The notes under the pieces are model-generated. The model made no database searches and was not told the DNA's origin. It saw only the letters and a list, made by a program, of their open reading frames with translations. 42,124 nt of DNA, taken from positions 1 to 42,124 of the forward strand of contig CANQEE010000003.1 of assembly GCA_947594595.1 (NCBI GenBank). Reading direction: 5' to 3'. Source of the DNA: an uncultured Bacilli bacterium (GTDB taxonomy: Bacteria; Bacillota_I; Bacilli_A; RF39; UBA660). A program made the position numbers and the translations under genes. Below, piece after piece: positions 18,999 through 29,722 of this stretch; within the stretch, counting starts at the first letter, position 1; each line of letters opens with the position of its first letter.

Positions 18999-19811
18999 TT
19001 ACTTCTTTTCTTGTGCAAAAAAATCTCTATGATTCCACTTTGAAGTCATAAATCGAAATGCTGCTTTTCGATTGGTTAACCAAGTAAATTTGACATTATT
19101 TTTCGTATTGGTTAAAATTTTATCTACCATAAAAGCAGCAATTGTTTCTGGATAGTCACCTAAAATATTATAAACTTTTTTAGTAGATTCATCTAGTTCA
19201 ATCTCTTCTCCATTTCCAAGAGCTGTATGAATAAAATTAGTAATCATAATTCCTGGAGTAATTTTTCCTACTTGAATAGGAAGTTGACATTTTTCAATTT
19301 CATAAGCAAGACTTTCTGTGAAGTAAGTAACTGCTCGTTTGCTTGTTCCATAAATAGATAAACCTAAAATTTTAGCATCATTACTTCCATGACCTTCTAC
19401 ATTATAAATTTGACCTTTTCCCTGCTCTTTCATCACAGGAACAATGAGCTTAGAACAAAGAATAGTTCCTTTTAAATCAATAGCAAGTAATCGATCAATC
19501 TCTTCTTCTTTGATTTCCCAAATTGGTTTATTAGGTTGATTGACCCCTGCATTATTGATCCAGATATCAATCTCTTTGAATTCCTTTAAAACACCTTTAA
19601 TCATATTAGAAATTGTTTCTTCCTTTGTTACATCCACTAAAAAAGAAAGTACTCTTCCTTTCGAAGAAAAAGAGGTAAGTTCTTTTTCTGCTTTCTTTAA
19701 ACTTTCTTGGTCTATATCGCATAGAACAACATGACAATTTTTTTGACGAAATAATTTAGCCATTTCAAAGCCAAAACCACGTCCACTTCCTGTAATCACA
19801 ACTGTTTTCAT
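18999..19811 (-). CDS. SDR family oxidoreductase
   Basis: ITGSGRGFG, WINNAG, YGTSK. ATG 19811 behind GGAGG. Confidence 0.9.
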   Translation of the reverse strand: MKTVVITGSGRGFGFEMAKLFRQKNCHVVLCDIDQESLKKAEKELTSFSSKGRVLSFLVDVTKEETISNMIKGVLKEFKEIDIWINNAGVNQPNKPIWEIKEEEIDRLLAIDLKGTILCSKLIVPVMKEQGKGQIYNVEGHGSNDAKILGLSIYGTSKRAVTYFTESLAYEIEKCQLPIQVGKITPGIMITNFIHTALGNGEEIELDESTKKVYNILGDYPETIAAFMVDKILTNTKNNVKFTWLTNRKAAFRFMTSKWNHRDFFAQEKK

Positions 19812-19872
19812 AAACACCTCCACTAATTAAGACCTTAAAAAGGAAGAAAAATACCCTCTACAGGTATTTTCC

Positions 19873-21081
19873 TTATCTTCCATACCAAGACGTTGGTAAA
19901 TTCAAAAGACTTTGAGCTCCTTCAAACCCACTATTATAACGATTCATCACATAATTAGACCAACGATTCCAAGTAGAACAACGTGAATCTGTTGGATCAT
20001 ATAATCTACAATCTGCCACTTCCAAATGTAAGTGAACTCCATAAGCCCATCCTGTATCTCCCATACCACCTAAAACAGTATTTTGATCAATAACTTTTCC
20101 TTTATAAAGGCTTCCAGAAACCCAGTCCATATGGACATACAAAGAACTATAATTTCTTCCATCTGGACCCACATGATAAACAACTACTAAATTAGCTCCA
20201 TAATAATCTTGGTCTACAAGTCCAACTATACCAGGTGCGATTGGATAAATAGGAGTTCCTCTTCCACTTGGACTTGTCAAATCAATTCCTTGATGGAAAT
20301 TGCTTCCTGCTGCAGAAAAACTTCGATATCCCATATAACTACTAATTCTTCCATTTTCAAGAGGTCGATACCATCCTGTGGTTGGAATTGATTGATTGAC
20401 TGCACAAGTAACATTGATAATATCATTAGGTTTACATCCTAAATTTTGATACATTTTTACAGTATCTTGATAATTTTTTAATTGTTTATTAGAACTGATG
20501 GCTCCAGATTGAATGGAAGCTTTTTCACCTTCCAAAGAAGAAATTTTTTGTCCCATCAATACTTTCTTCTCTTCCATTTCCTTTTGCCCTTTTTCAAGTT
20601 CTTTTTGTCTTGCTTTATTAGCTTCAATCATCTCTTCCAATTCATGAATAGTCTGATCATTATATTCTGTTAACTGTTCTACTAAACTCATTCTATAAAT
20701 CATATCGGTAATATCTGTCGCACCAAATGCATATTCTAAATATGCATTTTCTCCATCTGCAATTTGAAGATATTGGAAAAGATCTTTCGTTTCTAAACTT
20801 TTTTCTTTAATACTTTGATTATATTCTTCTATTTCTTGTTGTTTTCTTTCAGCTTCTTCCATCATAGACTGGATCTCATCTTGAAGCGAAGAAATTTCTG
20901 CTTTAATTGCTCGTATTTCTTGATCTGTCTTTTGTACCTTCGCATTGGCAGAATCTACTTCCTGTTGATACTTATTTACTTTATCAATATAATCCTGTAA
21001 AGTCGTTGCTCCTGCTTCCATAGGTAGTGCTAGAATGGAAAGGAGTGCAAGGATTGTAAAGAAAATCTTTTGCTTTTTCAT
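19873..21081 (-). CDS. Coiled-coil plus M23 peptidase murein hydrolase (EnvC/CwlO-like FtsEX partner)
   Basis: Signal peptide, long coiled coil, HQGID and HLH zinc motifs. Overlaps the ftsX stop. Confidence 0.88.
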   Translation of the reverse strand: MKKQKIFFTILALLSILALPMEAGATTLQDYIDKVNKYQQEVDSANAKVQKTDQEIRAIKAEISSLQDEIQSMMEEAERKQQEIEEYNQSIKEKSLETKDLFQYLQIADGENAYLEYAFGATDITDMIYRMSLVEQLTEYNDQTIHELEEMIEANKARQKELEKGQKEMEEKKVLMGQKISSLEGEKASIQSGAISSNKQLKNYQDTVKMYQNLGCKPNDIINVTCAVNQSIPTTGWYRPLENGRISSYMGYRSFSAAGSNFHQGIDLTSPSGRGTPIYPIAPGIVGLVDQDYYGANLVVVYHVGPDGRNYSSLYVHMDWVSGSLYKGKVIDQNTVLGGMGDTGWAYGVHLHLEVADCRLYDPTDSRCSTWNRWSNYVMNRYNSGFEGAQSLLNLPTSWYGR

Positions 21082-21980
21082 ACCTTTAAATACTTCCTTA
21101 CTGCACTTGCACTACCAATCATTCCGACCAACATTCCGATTCCAATTACCATAAGAGAGACCAAATAGATAAATGGTTCAGGAGTAATTAGTTGAATGAC
21201 TTTAGAAAATAAATATCCATCAAAATGATTGTAGAAAGCAAGATATCCAAAAAGGACAAGACAAACAGGAAGAATAGCACCAATCAAACCTAATACCATT
21301 CCTTCAATAATAAAAGGGGTTTTAATTGTAAAGTTACTAGCTCCTACCAAACGCATAATAGAAATTTCTCTTTTTCTTGAAAAGATAGTTAATTTGATGG
21401 TATTGATAATTAAGAAAACAGTAACCACAATCAAAGCAATGACAACTCCATAAGCAACTTTCTCAATAGATTTGAAGGCCGTAACCATTTGATCAACCAT
21501 TCCTTCACCATACCTTACCACAGCAACATTTTCAATTTTTTTAATTTCTTCTGCTGTATCACTAATCTTTTCTACTTTTTTTACCTTTACTTGAAAAGTA
21601 TCTTTCAAGGGATTATTTTCTTGATCCCAATCTGCCATAATGGTATTAAAAATATCAGATTCTTTCTGCATTTCTTCTTTAACTTGTTCTTTTCCTTTAA
21701 ATACATAAGAATCCACATTGTCCATCTTTTTTATTTTTTTATCAATTTCAGAAATTGTATCAGAAGAAGCTCCATTTTCTACAAATACAACAATCGTCAT
21801 ATCCTTTTCAATTTCTTTCGTAAAATTCTCTACATTAAAAGATGCAAGGATTGAAAGGGATACAATAATCAAAGTAATTGTAATACAAGAGATCGAAGCA
21901 AGAGATAAAGAAAAGTTTCTAAATACACTTTTAAAAGCATCCCGAATACTTCTTCCTAACATTCTAAAAAGCTTCATCAT
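21078..21980 (-). CDS. ftsX: Cell division permease FtsX
   Basis: 4 TMs, NTIKLTIFSRKREISIMRLVGA..IKTPFIIEG. Confidence 0.95.
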   Translation of the reverse strand: MMKLFRMLGRSIRDAFKSVFRNFSLSLASISCITITLIIVSLSILASFNVENFTKEIEKDMTIVVFVENGASSDTISEIDKKIKKMDNVDSYVFKGKEQVKEEMQKESDIFNTIMADWDQENNPLKDTFQVKVKKVEKISDTAEEIKKIENVAVVRYGEGMVDQMVTAFKSIEKVAYGVVIALIVVTVFLIINTIKLTIFSRKREISIMRLVGASNFTIKTPFIIEGMVLGLIGAILPVCLVLFGYLAFYNHFDGYLFSKVIQLITPEPFIYLVSLMVIGIGMLVGMIGSASAVRKYLKV

Positions 21981-22659
21981 AAGTCCCCCTTTCTTGTTGT
22001 TTAATAAGACGACCTTCTTTTAAAACAATGACTTGTTTTTTCATTTTATTAACAATTTCTTTATCATGAGTTGCCATAATGACTGTTGTTCCACAAGTTT
22101 TGTTGATTTCTTCTAGGACTTTTACAATTTCCATAGAACGATCTGGATCTAAGTTCCCTGTTGGTTCATCACAGATCAATAATTTAGGTTCATTGACAAT
22201 GGCTCTTGCAATGGCAACACGTTGCTGTTCTCCTCCTGATAATTGGTCCGGATAATTATGAATTTTATTTTTAAGGCCAACCAATTCAAGAGCTTTTAAT
22301 ACTTTCCTTCTTGTCTCTTCCTTTTTAGCTCCAATTACTTCCATAGTAAAAGCAACATTTTCATAAACATTTAACTTAGGAAGAAGACGATAATCTTGAA
22401 AAACAATTCCAAGTTTTCTTCTTAACTTATAAACCTTTTTATTACGAAGCTTTGCGACATTGACTCCTCCTACAATAATGGAACCTGTCGTTGGTTTTTC
22501 TTCCCGATAAAGCATTTTTATAAGGGTACTTTTTCCACTTCCACTTCCACCAATTACAAAGACAAAAGAGCCTTTTTGAATAGACAGGTTCATATCATAA
22601 ATAGCTGTTACACCATTCTTATATCGCTTACTTACATTCTTAAGACGAATTAAATCCAC
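21964..22659 (-). CDS. ftsE: Cell division ATP-binding protein FtsE
   Basis: GGSGSGKST, VFQDYRLL, LSGGEQQR, DEPTGNLD. Start is GTG 22659 or 22668. Confidence 0.95.
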   Translation of the reverse strand: MDLIRLKNVSKRYKNGVTAIYDMNLSIQKGSFVFVIGGSGSGKSTLIKMLYREEKPTTGSIIVGGVNVAKLRNKKVYKLRRKLGIVFQDYRLLPKLNVYENVAFTMEVIGAKKEETRRKVLKALELVGLKNKIHNYPDQLSGGEQQRVAIARAIVNEPKLLICDEPTGNLDPDRSMEIVKVLEEINKTCGTTVIMATHDKEIVNKMKKQVIVLKEGRLIKQQERGTYDEAF

Positions 22660-22784
22660 CTTGATCACCTACTATCTAAATCATTATAACATAGAATATG
22701 ACAAATTGTAACAGGAAACGATTGGAAATGAAAAGAAATCCTGTATAGTGGACAAATTTCTAAAAAAACAGACATTCATTTATT

Positions 22785-23102
22785 TTAAAAAAAAGGTTTT
22801 AGAATCTTTCTTAAAATCTTTGAAGAAGAAATAGAAATTGGAAGCATTTTCCCTTTTACTGGTTTTCTCATTACAATATATCCATTTGCAATCTCACTTG
22901 TAAAAAGACTTTCTTCCATCTTGATAGGAATTTGATGTATTTTTTTATCAATCAATCTTTCTTGTTCTTTTCTATCTAATTTTTCATATTCACTATAAGG
23001 AATCCCTATGTCTGCTTCTAGTTGTCTTTTGATAATTTCATGTACTCGATTCATTCCCATAACACTTCTCTTTCTTATTGTAAACTGCTTCTTAGAAAGC
23101 AA
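22785..23102 (-). CDS. Small hypothetical protein (start uncertain, possibly 23060)
   Basis: Co-oriented ORF filling the smpB-ftsE gap. No recognisable motif. Confidence 0.55.
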   Translation of the reverse strand: MLSKKQFTIRKRSVMGMNRVHEIIKRQLEADIGIPYSEYEKLDRKEQERLIDKKIHQIPIKMEESLFTSEIANGYIVMRKPVKGKMLPISISSSKILRKILKPFF

Positions 23103-23153
23103 TCTTCCTTTCTTTGACTCTTGTAATTAAAAGCTTCTTTGTCATCTTTCTAT

Positions 23154-23603
23154 TCAAAAATGTTTATATTTATATTTTTGTAATTTTTCAATTTCTCTTT
23201 TTTGATCTTTTTCTTTTAAACTTTCTCTTTTATCATAATTTTTCTTTCCCTTACAAAGCCCTAATAATAGTTTTGCCTTGTTTTTTACAAAGTAAATTTT
23301 TAAAGGAATGAGGGTATACCCTCCTTCTTTCGTTTTTGTGTCCAACTTTTGAATTTCTTTTTTATGAAGCAATAATTTTCTCGTTCTTGTCTCTTCATGG
23401 TTAAAAATATTTCCCTCTTTATAAGTTGAAATAAAAGTATTTAGAAGAAAACATTCTTGATTTCGAATGATTGCATAACTATCTTTCAAATTACATTTTC
23501 CAGCTCGAATAGATTTGATCTCTGTTCCAACTAAAACCATTCCACACTCATAAGTTTCTTCTATAAAATAATCATGTTTAGCACGCCGATTTACAATTTC
23601 CAT
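23154..23603 (-). CDS. smpB: SsrA-binding protein
   Basis: [35 protein letters not shown]. Confidence 0.97.
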   Translation of the reverse strand: MEIVNRRAKHDYFIEETYECGMVLVGTEIKSIRAGKCNLKDSYAIIRNQECFLLNTFISTYKEGNIFNHEETRTRKLLLHKKEIQKLDTKTKEGGYTLIPLKIYFVKNKAKLLLGLCKGKKNYDKRESLKEKDQKREIEKLQKYKYKHF

Positions 23604-23605
23604 GG

Positions 23606-24781
23606 TTATCCTCCTAATTCTGGCATGATAATTTGATCCCCTAATATTTCTTGGACAATTCCTTTATATCGTTCATAGTAATTTTTATAATTTGGTAAGA
23701 GTGCATTCGATAATTGAGTATAAGGATAAACTGTAAATTGCCTTTTTCTTCCATAATTCGAATGAGTATAAAGAAGTTCTGCTTTTAAATCATCGAGTGC
23801 AATGGTTGTAATTCCTCTATTGGTTGTTTTCTTAATTTTTACAGATGCAAGCAATCCCGTTAAACGTTCAACTCCTTCTTGATCTGAAATAAAGTTTCCA
23901 AGAGAATAAATTACAAGAGTATTTCCAACATAAGCAATAGGTTCAACTACATGTGGATGGGCACCGATGATAATATTGACACCCAGTGAAGATAAATAGT
24001 TGGCAATTCGTTCTTGATCATAAGAAATTCCATGAGAATACTCTGTTCCCCAGTGCATCGCTACCAAAATGACATCTACCTTGTCCCGAACAGCTTCAAT
24101 ATCTTTTTTTGCAAGTTCATCAGAATACACATTATTTAAATACTCTTTTCCAACAGGTGTTTCAAGTCCATTGGTCCAGGTTGTATAAGAAAAGAAAGCA
24201 TAGCGGATTCCATTGATTTCTTTGATTTTAACCCGATCTCTTTCTTCAAAAGAAGAATAGCTTCCTGCCGTAAAAGCAGGTTTGTCCTTCCAATAAGCAA
24301 GAGAATTTAATACACCCTGTTCTCCCTTATCCATAGTATGATTGGTTGCAAGAGAGACAAGATTAAATCCTGCATCCAAAAAAGCATCTCCTACTTCTTG
24401 AGGGGAATTAAATCTTGGATAATTGGAATAACCAAGTTCACTACCCCCTAAAATTGTCTCCTGATTATAATATCGTAAATCATAATTTGCAACCATTGGT
24501 TTAATATGGGAAAGCATTGGCTTAAAATCATAACTTCCATCACTTTGATATGCATCTTGATATACAGTACTATGTATCAAAGCATCTCCAATCATGACAA
24601 GAGAAGCTTCTTTTTCTTCTGGAATCTTAATTGCTACTTCATAAATCTTTTCTTTTTCTGGATTCTTCTTACTAAAATAAGTATAACTAATTCCTGCACT
24701 AACTAAGAAAATTCCTGCTAAGAAAAGAAGGATTAAAGTTTTAATAGGTCGCTTTAATTTTCTTTTCTTTTTTACTGCCAT
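23606..24781 (-). CDS. CapA-family (PGA_cap) membrane-anchored metallophosphoesterase-like protein
   Basis: GD, NQET, ATNHTMD, HWGTEY, GAHPHV, YSLGNF. Confidence 0.9.
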   Translation of the reverse strand: MAVKKKRKLKRPIKTLILLFLAGIFLVSAGISYTYFSKKNPEKEKIYEVAIKIPEEKEASLVMIGDALIHSTVYQDAYQSDGSYDFKPMLSHIKPMVANYDLRYYNQETILGGSELGYSNYPRFNSPQEVGDAFLDAGFNLVSLATNHTMDKGEQGVLNSLAYWKDKPAFTAGSYSSFEERDRVKIKEINGIRYAFFSYTTWTNGLETPVGKEYLNNVYSDELAKKDIEAVRDKVDVILVAMHWGTEYSHGISYDQERIANYLSSLGVNIIIGAHPHVVEPIAYVGNTLVIYSLGNFISDQEGVERLTGLLASVKIKKTTNRGITTIALDDLKAELLYTHSNYGRKRQFTVYPYTQLSNALLPNYKNYYERYKGIVQEILGDQIIMPELGG

Positions 24782-24782
24782 A

Positions 24783-26882
24783 CTACACCTTCTTTACAAT
24801 TTCAAAATCAATTTGTTTTTCTTCTTTATTTGCACGAACAACTTTTACAACAACACGTTCCCCTATTTTATATTCTATATGACTTTTTTCCCCTTTCAAT
24901 GTCATATTCTCTTCATCATAATGAAAGAAGTCATCCATATCTCGTATCGGAACAAGTCCTTCGATGAGGTTGTCCAGTTGTACAAACATACCAAAGTTCA
25001 TTACCGAAGAAATCATTCCTTCAAATTCTTCTCCAATATGACTTTCCATATATTCTGCCATCTTCATATCTTCTACTTCTCGCTCACAATCTACACTAGA
25101 ACGTTCTTTGGCTGATGAATGCTCTGCGATATAAACTAACTTGTCTTCAAAGTGTTGTAAGGTAGAATGGGAAAGGTTATGGTCGAATAGATAGGTGTGT
25201 AAAAGTCTATGCACTGTCGTATCTGGATATCTTCGAATCGGACTTGTAAAATGTGTATAACAAGGACTTGCAAGTCCAAAGTGCCCTACATTATCTTTCG
25301 AATAAATCGCTTTTTGCATACTTCGTAACATTAGGGAAGCCAAAATTTTGTATTCTTTTTTATCTTCTAATGCACTTAAAATTTTTTGGATGGTCTTTGG
25401 ATCTTGGTTTTTCACATTTCCATTCACATGATATCCAAGTGTTCCAATAAATTGTAAGAAATCTCTTATTTTTTCTTCCTTAGGACTTTCATGAATTCGG
25501 TAAATAAAAGGTAAATTCATATAGAAAATATGCGTAGCAACACATTCGTTCGCAGCAATCATAAAGTCTTCGATTAACTTTTCACCAACACCACGTTCTC
25601 TTGGTTTAATCTCGTAAGGAACACAAGCATCATCCACTAAAATCTTCGCTTCATCAATATCAAAGTCAATAGAACCACGTGCATTCTTCTTCTTGCGCAA
25701 AATATCTGCCAATTGATGCATTGTAGTTAGGCTCTCTACAAAAGAAGAATAACCTTCTGGAACTTCTCCTTTTTCTAAAATTGAATTGACACAAGCATAA
25801 GTCATTTGTTTTCTACTTCGAATCACACTTGGAAAAATTTCATAATCTTTTAAATTTCCATCTAAATCATACTGCATTACACAACTGATGGTAAGACGAT
25901 CTACACCTGGATTTAGAGAACAAATACCATTGGAAAGTTCATGGGGAAGCATCGGAATTACACGGTCTACCAAATAAACACTAGTACCTCGCTCCATAGC
26001 ACTCTCATCCAAAGGGCTTCCTTCTTTGACATAGTGAGATACATCTGCGATATGAACACCTAATTCATAACCATCTTCTTTCTTCCGAATTGAAATTGCA
26101 TCATCAATATCTTTTGTATCTGCTCCGTCTATAGTAAAAATCTCTTCTTCACGCAAATCTCTTCTTCCTTGGTATTCTTCTTCTAAAACTACTTCAGGAA
26201 TCGTCTTAACTTCCTCTTTTACTTCCAAAGGAAAATCTACTTCAATTCCATATTTGTAAACAATGGATAAAATATCTACACCTGGATCGTTTTTATGACC
26301 AATAATTTCCACAACTTTTCCTTCACTTTGCCGGTTAGAAAGTCTTTTGATAATTTCGACAACCACTTTATGCCCATCGACAGCATGCAACGCATTTTCT
26401 TTGGAAACAACGACTTCCATTTGAATTTTATCTTCATCAAGTTTTACAAGTCCAACATCATTTTGAAAAGTAATTTCTCCAACAAAACGATTACTAGAGC
26501 GCTTTAATACTTTTAAAATTCTTCCTTCCATTCGATCGATATTTTTTTTACTAGTAACTTCTACCAAAACTGTATCATTATGAAGAGCCCCATTGATATT
26601 TTCTTTTGCAATGTAAATATCTTGATCACTATCTTCAGTATCAACAAAAGCAAAGCCTTTTTTATTGGCATGAATGACTCCTTTTTTTAAGTGACTATTT
26701 TCTAAAATCATATATTTATCTTTATTGGTATGATAAATGAGAGCTTTTTCTTCTAATGAATACAATATTTTAGTTAATTCTTCTAAAGAAAGCTGCTCTT
26801 TACTTCCCAATAATTCTTCTAATTCAAAAATAGTAATTGCCTTTTCTTTCTGTTTTAAAATATCAAGAATTCTCTCTTCCAC
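24783..26882 (-). CDS. rnr: Ribonuclease R
   Basis: TIDGADTKDIDDA, HIADVSHYV, HFTSPIRRYPD, C-terminal S1. Lies between secG and smpB. Confidence 0.97.
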   Translation of the reverse strand: MEERILDILKQKEKAITIFELEELLGSKEQLSLEELTKILYSLEEKALIYHTNKDKYMILENSHLKKGVIHANKKGFAFVDTEDSDQDIYIAKENINGALHNDTVLVEVTSKKNIDRMEGRILKVLKRSSNRFVGEITFQNDVGLVKLDEDKIQMEVVVSKENALHAVDGHKVVVEIIKRLSNRQSEGKVVEIIGHKNDPGVDILSIVYKYGIEVDFPLEVKEEVKTIPEVVLEEEYQGRRDLREEEIFTIDGADTKDIDDAISIRKKEDGYELGVHIADVSHYVKEGSPLDESAMERGTSVYLVDRVIPMLPHELSNGICSLNPGVDRLTISCVMQYDLDGNLKDYEIFPSVIRSRKQMTYACVNSILEKGEVPEGYSSFVESLTTMHQLADILRKKKNARGSIDFDIDEAKILVDDACVPYEIKPRERGVGEKLIEDFMIAANECVATHIFYMNLPFIYRIHESPKEEKIRDFLQFIGTLGYHVNGNVKNQDPKTIQKILSALEDKKEYKILASLMLRSMQKAIYSKDNVGHFGLASPCYTHFTSPIRRYPDTTVHRLLHTYLFDHNLSHSTLQHFEDKLVYIAEHSSAKERSSVDCEREVEDMKMAEYMESHIGEEFEGMISSVMNFGMFVQLDNLIEGLVPIRDMDDFFHYDEENMTLKGEKSHIEYKIGERVVVKVVRANKEEKQIDFEIVKKV

Positions 26883-27008
26883 TCTATCACCTTCTACTAT
26901 ACTATTATCATAACATGTTTTCTTGTGATTACCCAGAAAATTCTACATTTTTTTAAAAGAAAAACTTCCTGTTTTTAACAAGAAGCCTTTTTAAATTCTA
27001 CTTATTTT

Positions 27009-27224
27009 CTACAAAAATGATTCTACTAAACAAATAATAAAGAATAAAAGTCCAAGAACTAATGTAATACGACTAATGGCAAGTTCTGTCCCTCTTTCTT
27101 TTCTTTGACTAAACAAAGCTGAATTTCCTCCTGAGAAAATTTGAGAGGCTCCTTCTGCTTTTCCACTTTGTAGTAATACAATCACAATCAAACAAATTGA
27201 AATGATTAAAAGTACAACTTGCAT
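27009..27224 (-). CDS. secG: Preprotein translocase subunit SecG
   Basis: VLLQSGK..G....SGG...LF..RKERG, 2 TMs, upstream of rnr. Confidence 0.93.
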   Translation of the reverse strand: MQVVLLIISICLIVIVLLQSGKAEGASQIFSGGNSALFSQRKERGTELAISRITLVLGLLFFIICLVESFL

Positions 27225-27284
27225 AATAAATTCCTCCAATAACAGTATTATCTTATCATAAAAAAAAAAGAATGCAAAGAGAAA

Positions 27285-28280
27285 TTACTCTTCTTGTTCT
27301 AGTTTTTTTACTTGATCTAAAAGAACACCTGTTCCTTCTACGACACAAGTAAGAGGAGAATCTGCAATAAAGACGGGAACTTGTAGTTCTTGACTAAATA
27401 AATCTGTAAGACCTCTTAACATCGCTCCTCCTCCTGTTAAAACAATTCCTTTTTCTACAATATCTCCAGACAATTCTGGGGGAGTTTGTTCTAAGACATT
27501 GGTTGCAGACTTAATAATTTTATAAAGACTTTCATGAAGAGCTATTTCTACTTCATCTTCCGTAATTTCAATGGTATCAGGTAATCCTGTTACAAGATTT
27601 CTACCTCGTACTTCCATTTTTTCCTTTTTACTTGGATGAAATACATTTCCAAATTGGATTTTTATCTCTTCTGCTGTTTTATCTCCTATTAAAAGTTTGT
27701 ATTTTTCTTTAATATATTTGATAATATCTTGATCAAAAACATTTCCTGCAATTCGAATGGATGAACTTGTTACAATATCATCTAAAGAAAGAATGGCTAT
27801 ATCTGTTGTTCCTCCTCCTATATCAATGACCATATTTCCACTTGGTTTTGAAATATCCATCCCAGCACCAATGGCTGCAACTTTAGGTTCTTCTTCAATA
27901 TAGACTTTCCTTGCTCCTGTTCTCTCAGCAGCTTCTTTAATCGCATTTTTTTCAACAGGCGTAATATTTGATGGACAACAAATTAGAATACGAGGTCTTG
28001 ATAGAATACTTTTAGCATGAATCTTTTTAATAAAGGTATTCAACATAATTTCTGTAATTTCAAAATCTGCAATAACACCATCTTTCATAGGACGAATGGC
28101 TTTTACTTTTCCTGGAGTTCTTCCCAACATTTCACTAGCTTCTCGTCCAACTGCAACAACTTTTTTCGTATCTGTATCAATGGCAACAACACTGGGTTCA
28201 TTTAAAACGATTCCTTCTCCTTTAATATAAATCAAAACATTCGCTGTTCCAAGATCAATTCCAATATCTTTTGCCAACAT
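27285..28280 (-). CDS. mbl: MreB-family rod shape protein, most likely Mbl
   Basis: GIDLGTAN, DIGGGTTD, LTGGGA. Start MLAKDIG and the position after spoIIQ favour mbl over mreB. Confidence 0.85.
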   Translation of the reverse strand: MLAKDIGIDLGTANVLIYIKGEGIVLNEPSVVAIDTDTKKVVAVGREASEMLGRTPGKVKAIRPMKDGVIADFEITEIMLNTFIKKIHAKSILSRPRILICCPSNITPVEKNAIKEAAERTGARKVYIEEEPKVAAIGAGMDISKPSGNMVIDIGGGTTDIAILSLDDIVTSSSIRIAGNVFDQDIIKYIKEKYKLLIGDKTAEEIKIQFGNVFHPSKKEKMEVRGRNLVTGLPDTIEITEDEVEIALHESLYKIIKSATNVLEQTPPELSGDIVEKGIVLTGGGAMLRGLTDLFSQELQVPVFIADSPLTCVVEGTGVLLDQVKKLEQEE

Positions 28281-28306
28281 TGTTATCCCGCCTTTCAATC
28301 GTTTTT

Positions 28307-28335
28307 ATTCTACCAAAAACAAAATTAGTTGTAAA
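28307..28335 (-). promoter_or_regulatory. Putative sigmaA promoter of mbl
   Basis: TTTACA-17 bp-TAGAAT with extended TG. Confidence 0.5.
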
Positions 28336-28395
28336 CACTGTTTCTTCTTTTCTAGTATATGTAAAAAGAGATTTTTCATACAGAAAAAAAGCTGG

Positions 28396-29034
28396 TTAGC
28401 TTTCTTTTGTTTCTATTTTTTGATCAAAGTATTTTGCTGGATCTACAATGGCTCCATCTTTATAAAGTTCAAAGTGTAGATGATTTCCCATTTCTTGATC
28501 AATGGTATTTTCACCACTTTTTCCAATGACTTGTCCTTGTTCCACTGTATCTCCTTTTTGAACTGCTATTTCACTAAGACTTTGATACGTACTAATGTAG
28601 CCATTATCATGTTTTACTTCAACTGTTTTTCCCATTAACTCATCATCTCTTACATCCAATATAGTTCCTTTTAAAACGGAAATAACATCAAAGATACTAT
28701 CTGCTTTAAAGTCCATTCCAGAATTTTGGATATATGTGTTTTCATGGTAGATAATGGAACGTTCTTGTTGTTCTTTTTCTCCTTGATAATCATAGAAGTA
28801 TTTTGCAATGGTAACTCCTTCACTTTGATAAGGTTTTCCAAACGTTACTTCATCAGTTTGAACAACAGGAAGATTTTCTTCAATCACAGAATCATTTACA
28901 TAATCTACTTTTTCTTCTTTCTTTTCCGTTGGTTGGAATGTAAGACTAACAAAATAAGTGGTTGCTGTAACTGCTACAAGTAAAACTACATAAATTCCTA
29001 CAACTACGAAACGTTTTAACTTTCTTTTTTTCAT
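28396..29034 (-). CDS. spoIIQ: SpoIIQ-like membrane-anchored degenerate M23 protein
   Basis: One N-terminal TM, KYFYD...EQQERSIIY..NTY.QNSGMD (first zinc His missing), YQSL, HLHFE. Upstream sigmaF-type promoter. Confidence 0.82.
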   Translation of the reverse strand: MKKRKLKRFVVVGIYVVLLVAVTATTYFVSLTFQPTEKKEEKVDYVNDSVIEENLPVVQTDEVTFGKPYQSEGVTIAKYFYDYQGEKEQQERSIIYHENTYIQNSGMDFKADSIFDVISVLKGTILDVRDDELMGKTVEVKHDNGYISTYQSLSEIAVQKGDTVEQGQVIGKSGENTIDQEMGNHLHFELYKDGAIVDPAKYFDQKIETKES

Positions 29035-29051
29035 CTTCTCACCTCATTAGA

Positions 29052-29080
29052 AGTGTTTCCAAAAAAAAGTTATTTTATAC
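29052..29080 (-). promoter_or_regulatory. SigmaF-type forespore promoter of spoIIQ
   Basis: GTATA-15 bp-GGAAACACT matches the B. subtilis sigmaF consensus GYWTA-15-GGnnAnAHT. Confidence 0.75.
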
Positions 29081-29085
29081 GTGTT

Positions 29086-29283
29086 TTAATAAATTTTTGA
29101 AGCTTCAAAAAAATCAATAATAAAATTAGAAGCTAAATAAATCAAAGAGATTGCTAAAAAGAAATAAAAGAGGCGTGCTTGTAATACTTTACCTTTTTTA
29201 AAAATTTGATTGATTCGAACAGCATCCATAGAATAAATAACTCCAATGGTTACAAATAAATAAACAAAAAATTTAACGGACAT
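29086..29283 (-). CDS. DUF1146 (YwzB-like) membrane protein
   Basis: 2 TMs with FKKGKV.QARL..LAI..YL.SNF. Confidence 0.8.
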   Translation of the reverse strand: MSVKFFVYLFVTIGVIYSMDAVRINQIFKKGKVLQARLFYFFLAISLIYLASNFIIDFFEASKIY

Positions 29284-29722
29284 AAGATCCCTCTTCATAG
29301 CTATGAATTTTTTCAATTCTTCTTTTATGACGATCTAAGGAAGAAAAAGGAGTATTTAAAAAAACTTCTACTATTTCTTTTGCTTGTTCTATCTTTTGAG
29401 TACCAGAAAGACATAAGATATTGGCATTATTATCCATTCTTGTCTTCTTTGCATCTTCTACATTTTCTACTTTCGCAGCTAATACTCCTTTTACTTTATT
29501 ACATGCAATTGAAATACCAATTCCACTTCCACAGATAGCAATTCCATAATCTACTTTTTTTTGAGCAACAGCTTCTCCTAATAAAAAAGCATAATCTGGA
29601 TAATCTACTTTTTCTTCATTTTTAGTTCCATAATCAACTACTTCGTATTTATTCTTTAAAACTTCTACTAATTTTGTTTTTAATTGATACCCTCGATGAT
29701 CATTTGCAATTCCAATTTTCAT
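29273..29722 (-). CDS. rpiB: Ribose-5-phosphate isomerase B
   Basis: IANDHRG, DYPD, CGSGIG, NNANIL, RH.RRI. Confidence 0.93.
   Translation of the reverse strand: MKIGIANDHRGYQLKTKLVEVLKNKYEVVDYGTKNEEKVDYPDYAFLLGEAVAQKKVDYGIAICGSGIGISIACNKVKGVLAAKVENVEDAKKTRMDNNANILCLSGTQKIEQAKEIVEVFLNTPFSSLDRHKRRIEKIHSYEEGSYVR

Noticed and set aside
22670-23150. tmRNA (ssrA) downstream of smpB
   Set aside because: No GGGG..CTCCACCA tRNA-like ends. The gap holds an AT-rich ORF.
23606-24781. Poly-gamma-glutamate capsule operon
   Set aside because: A lone CapA-family gene without capB/capC is common and does not indicate a capsule.
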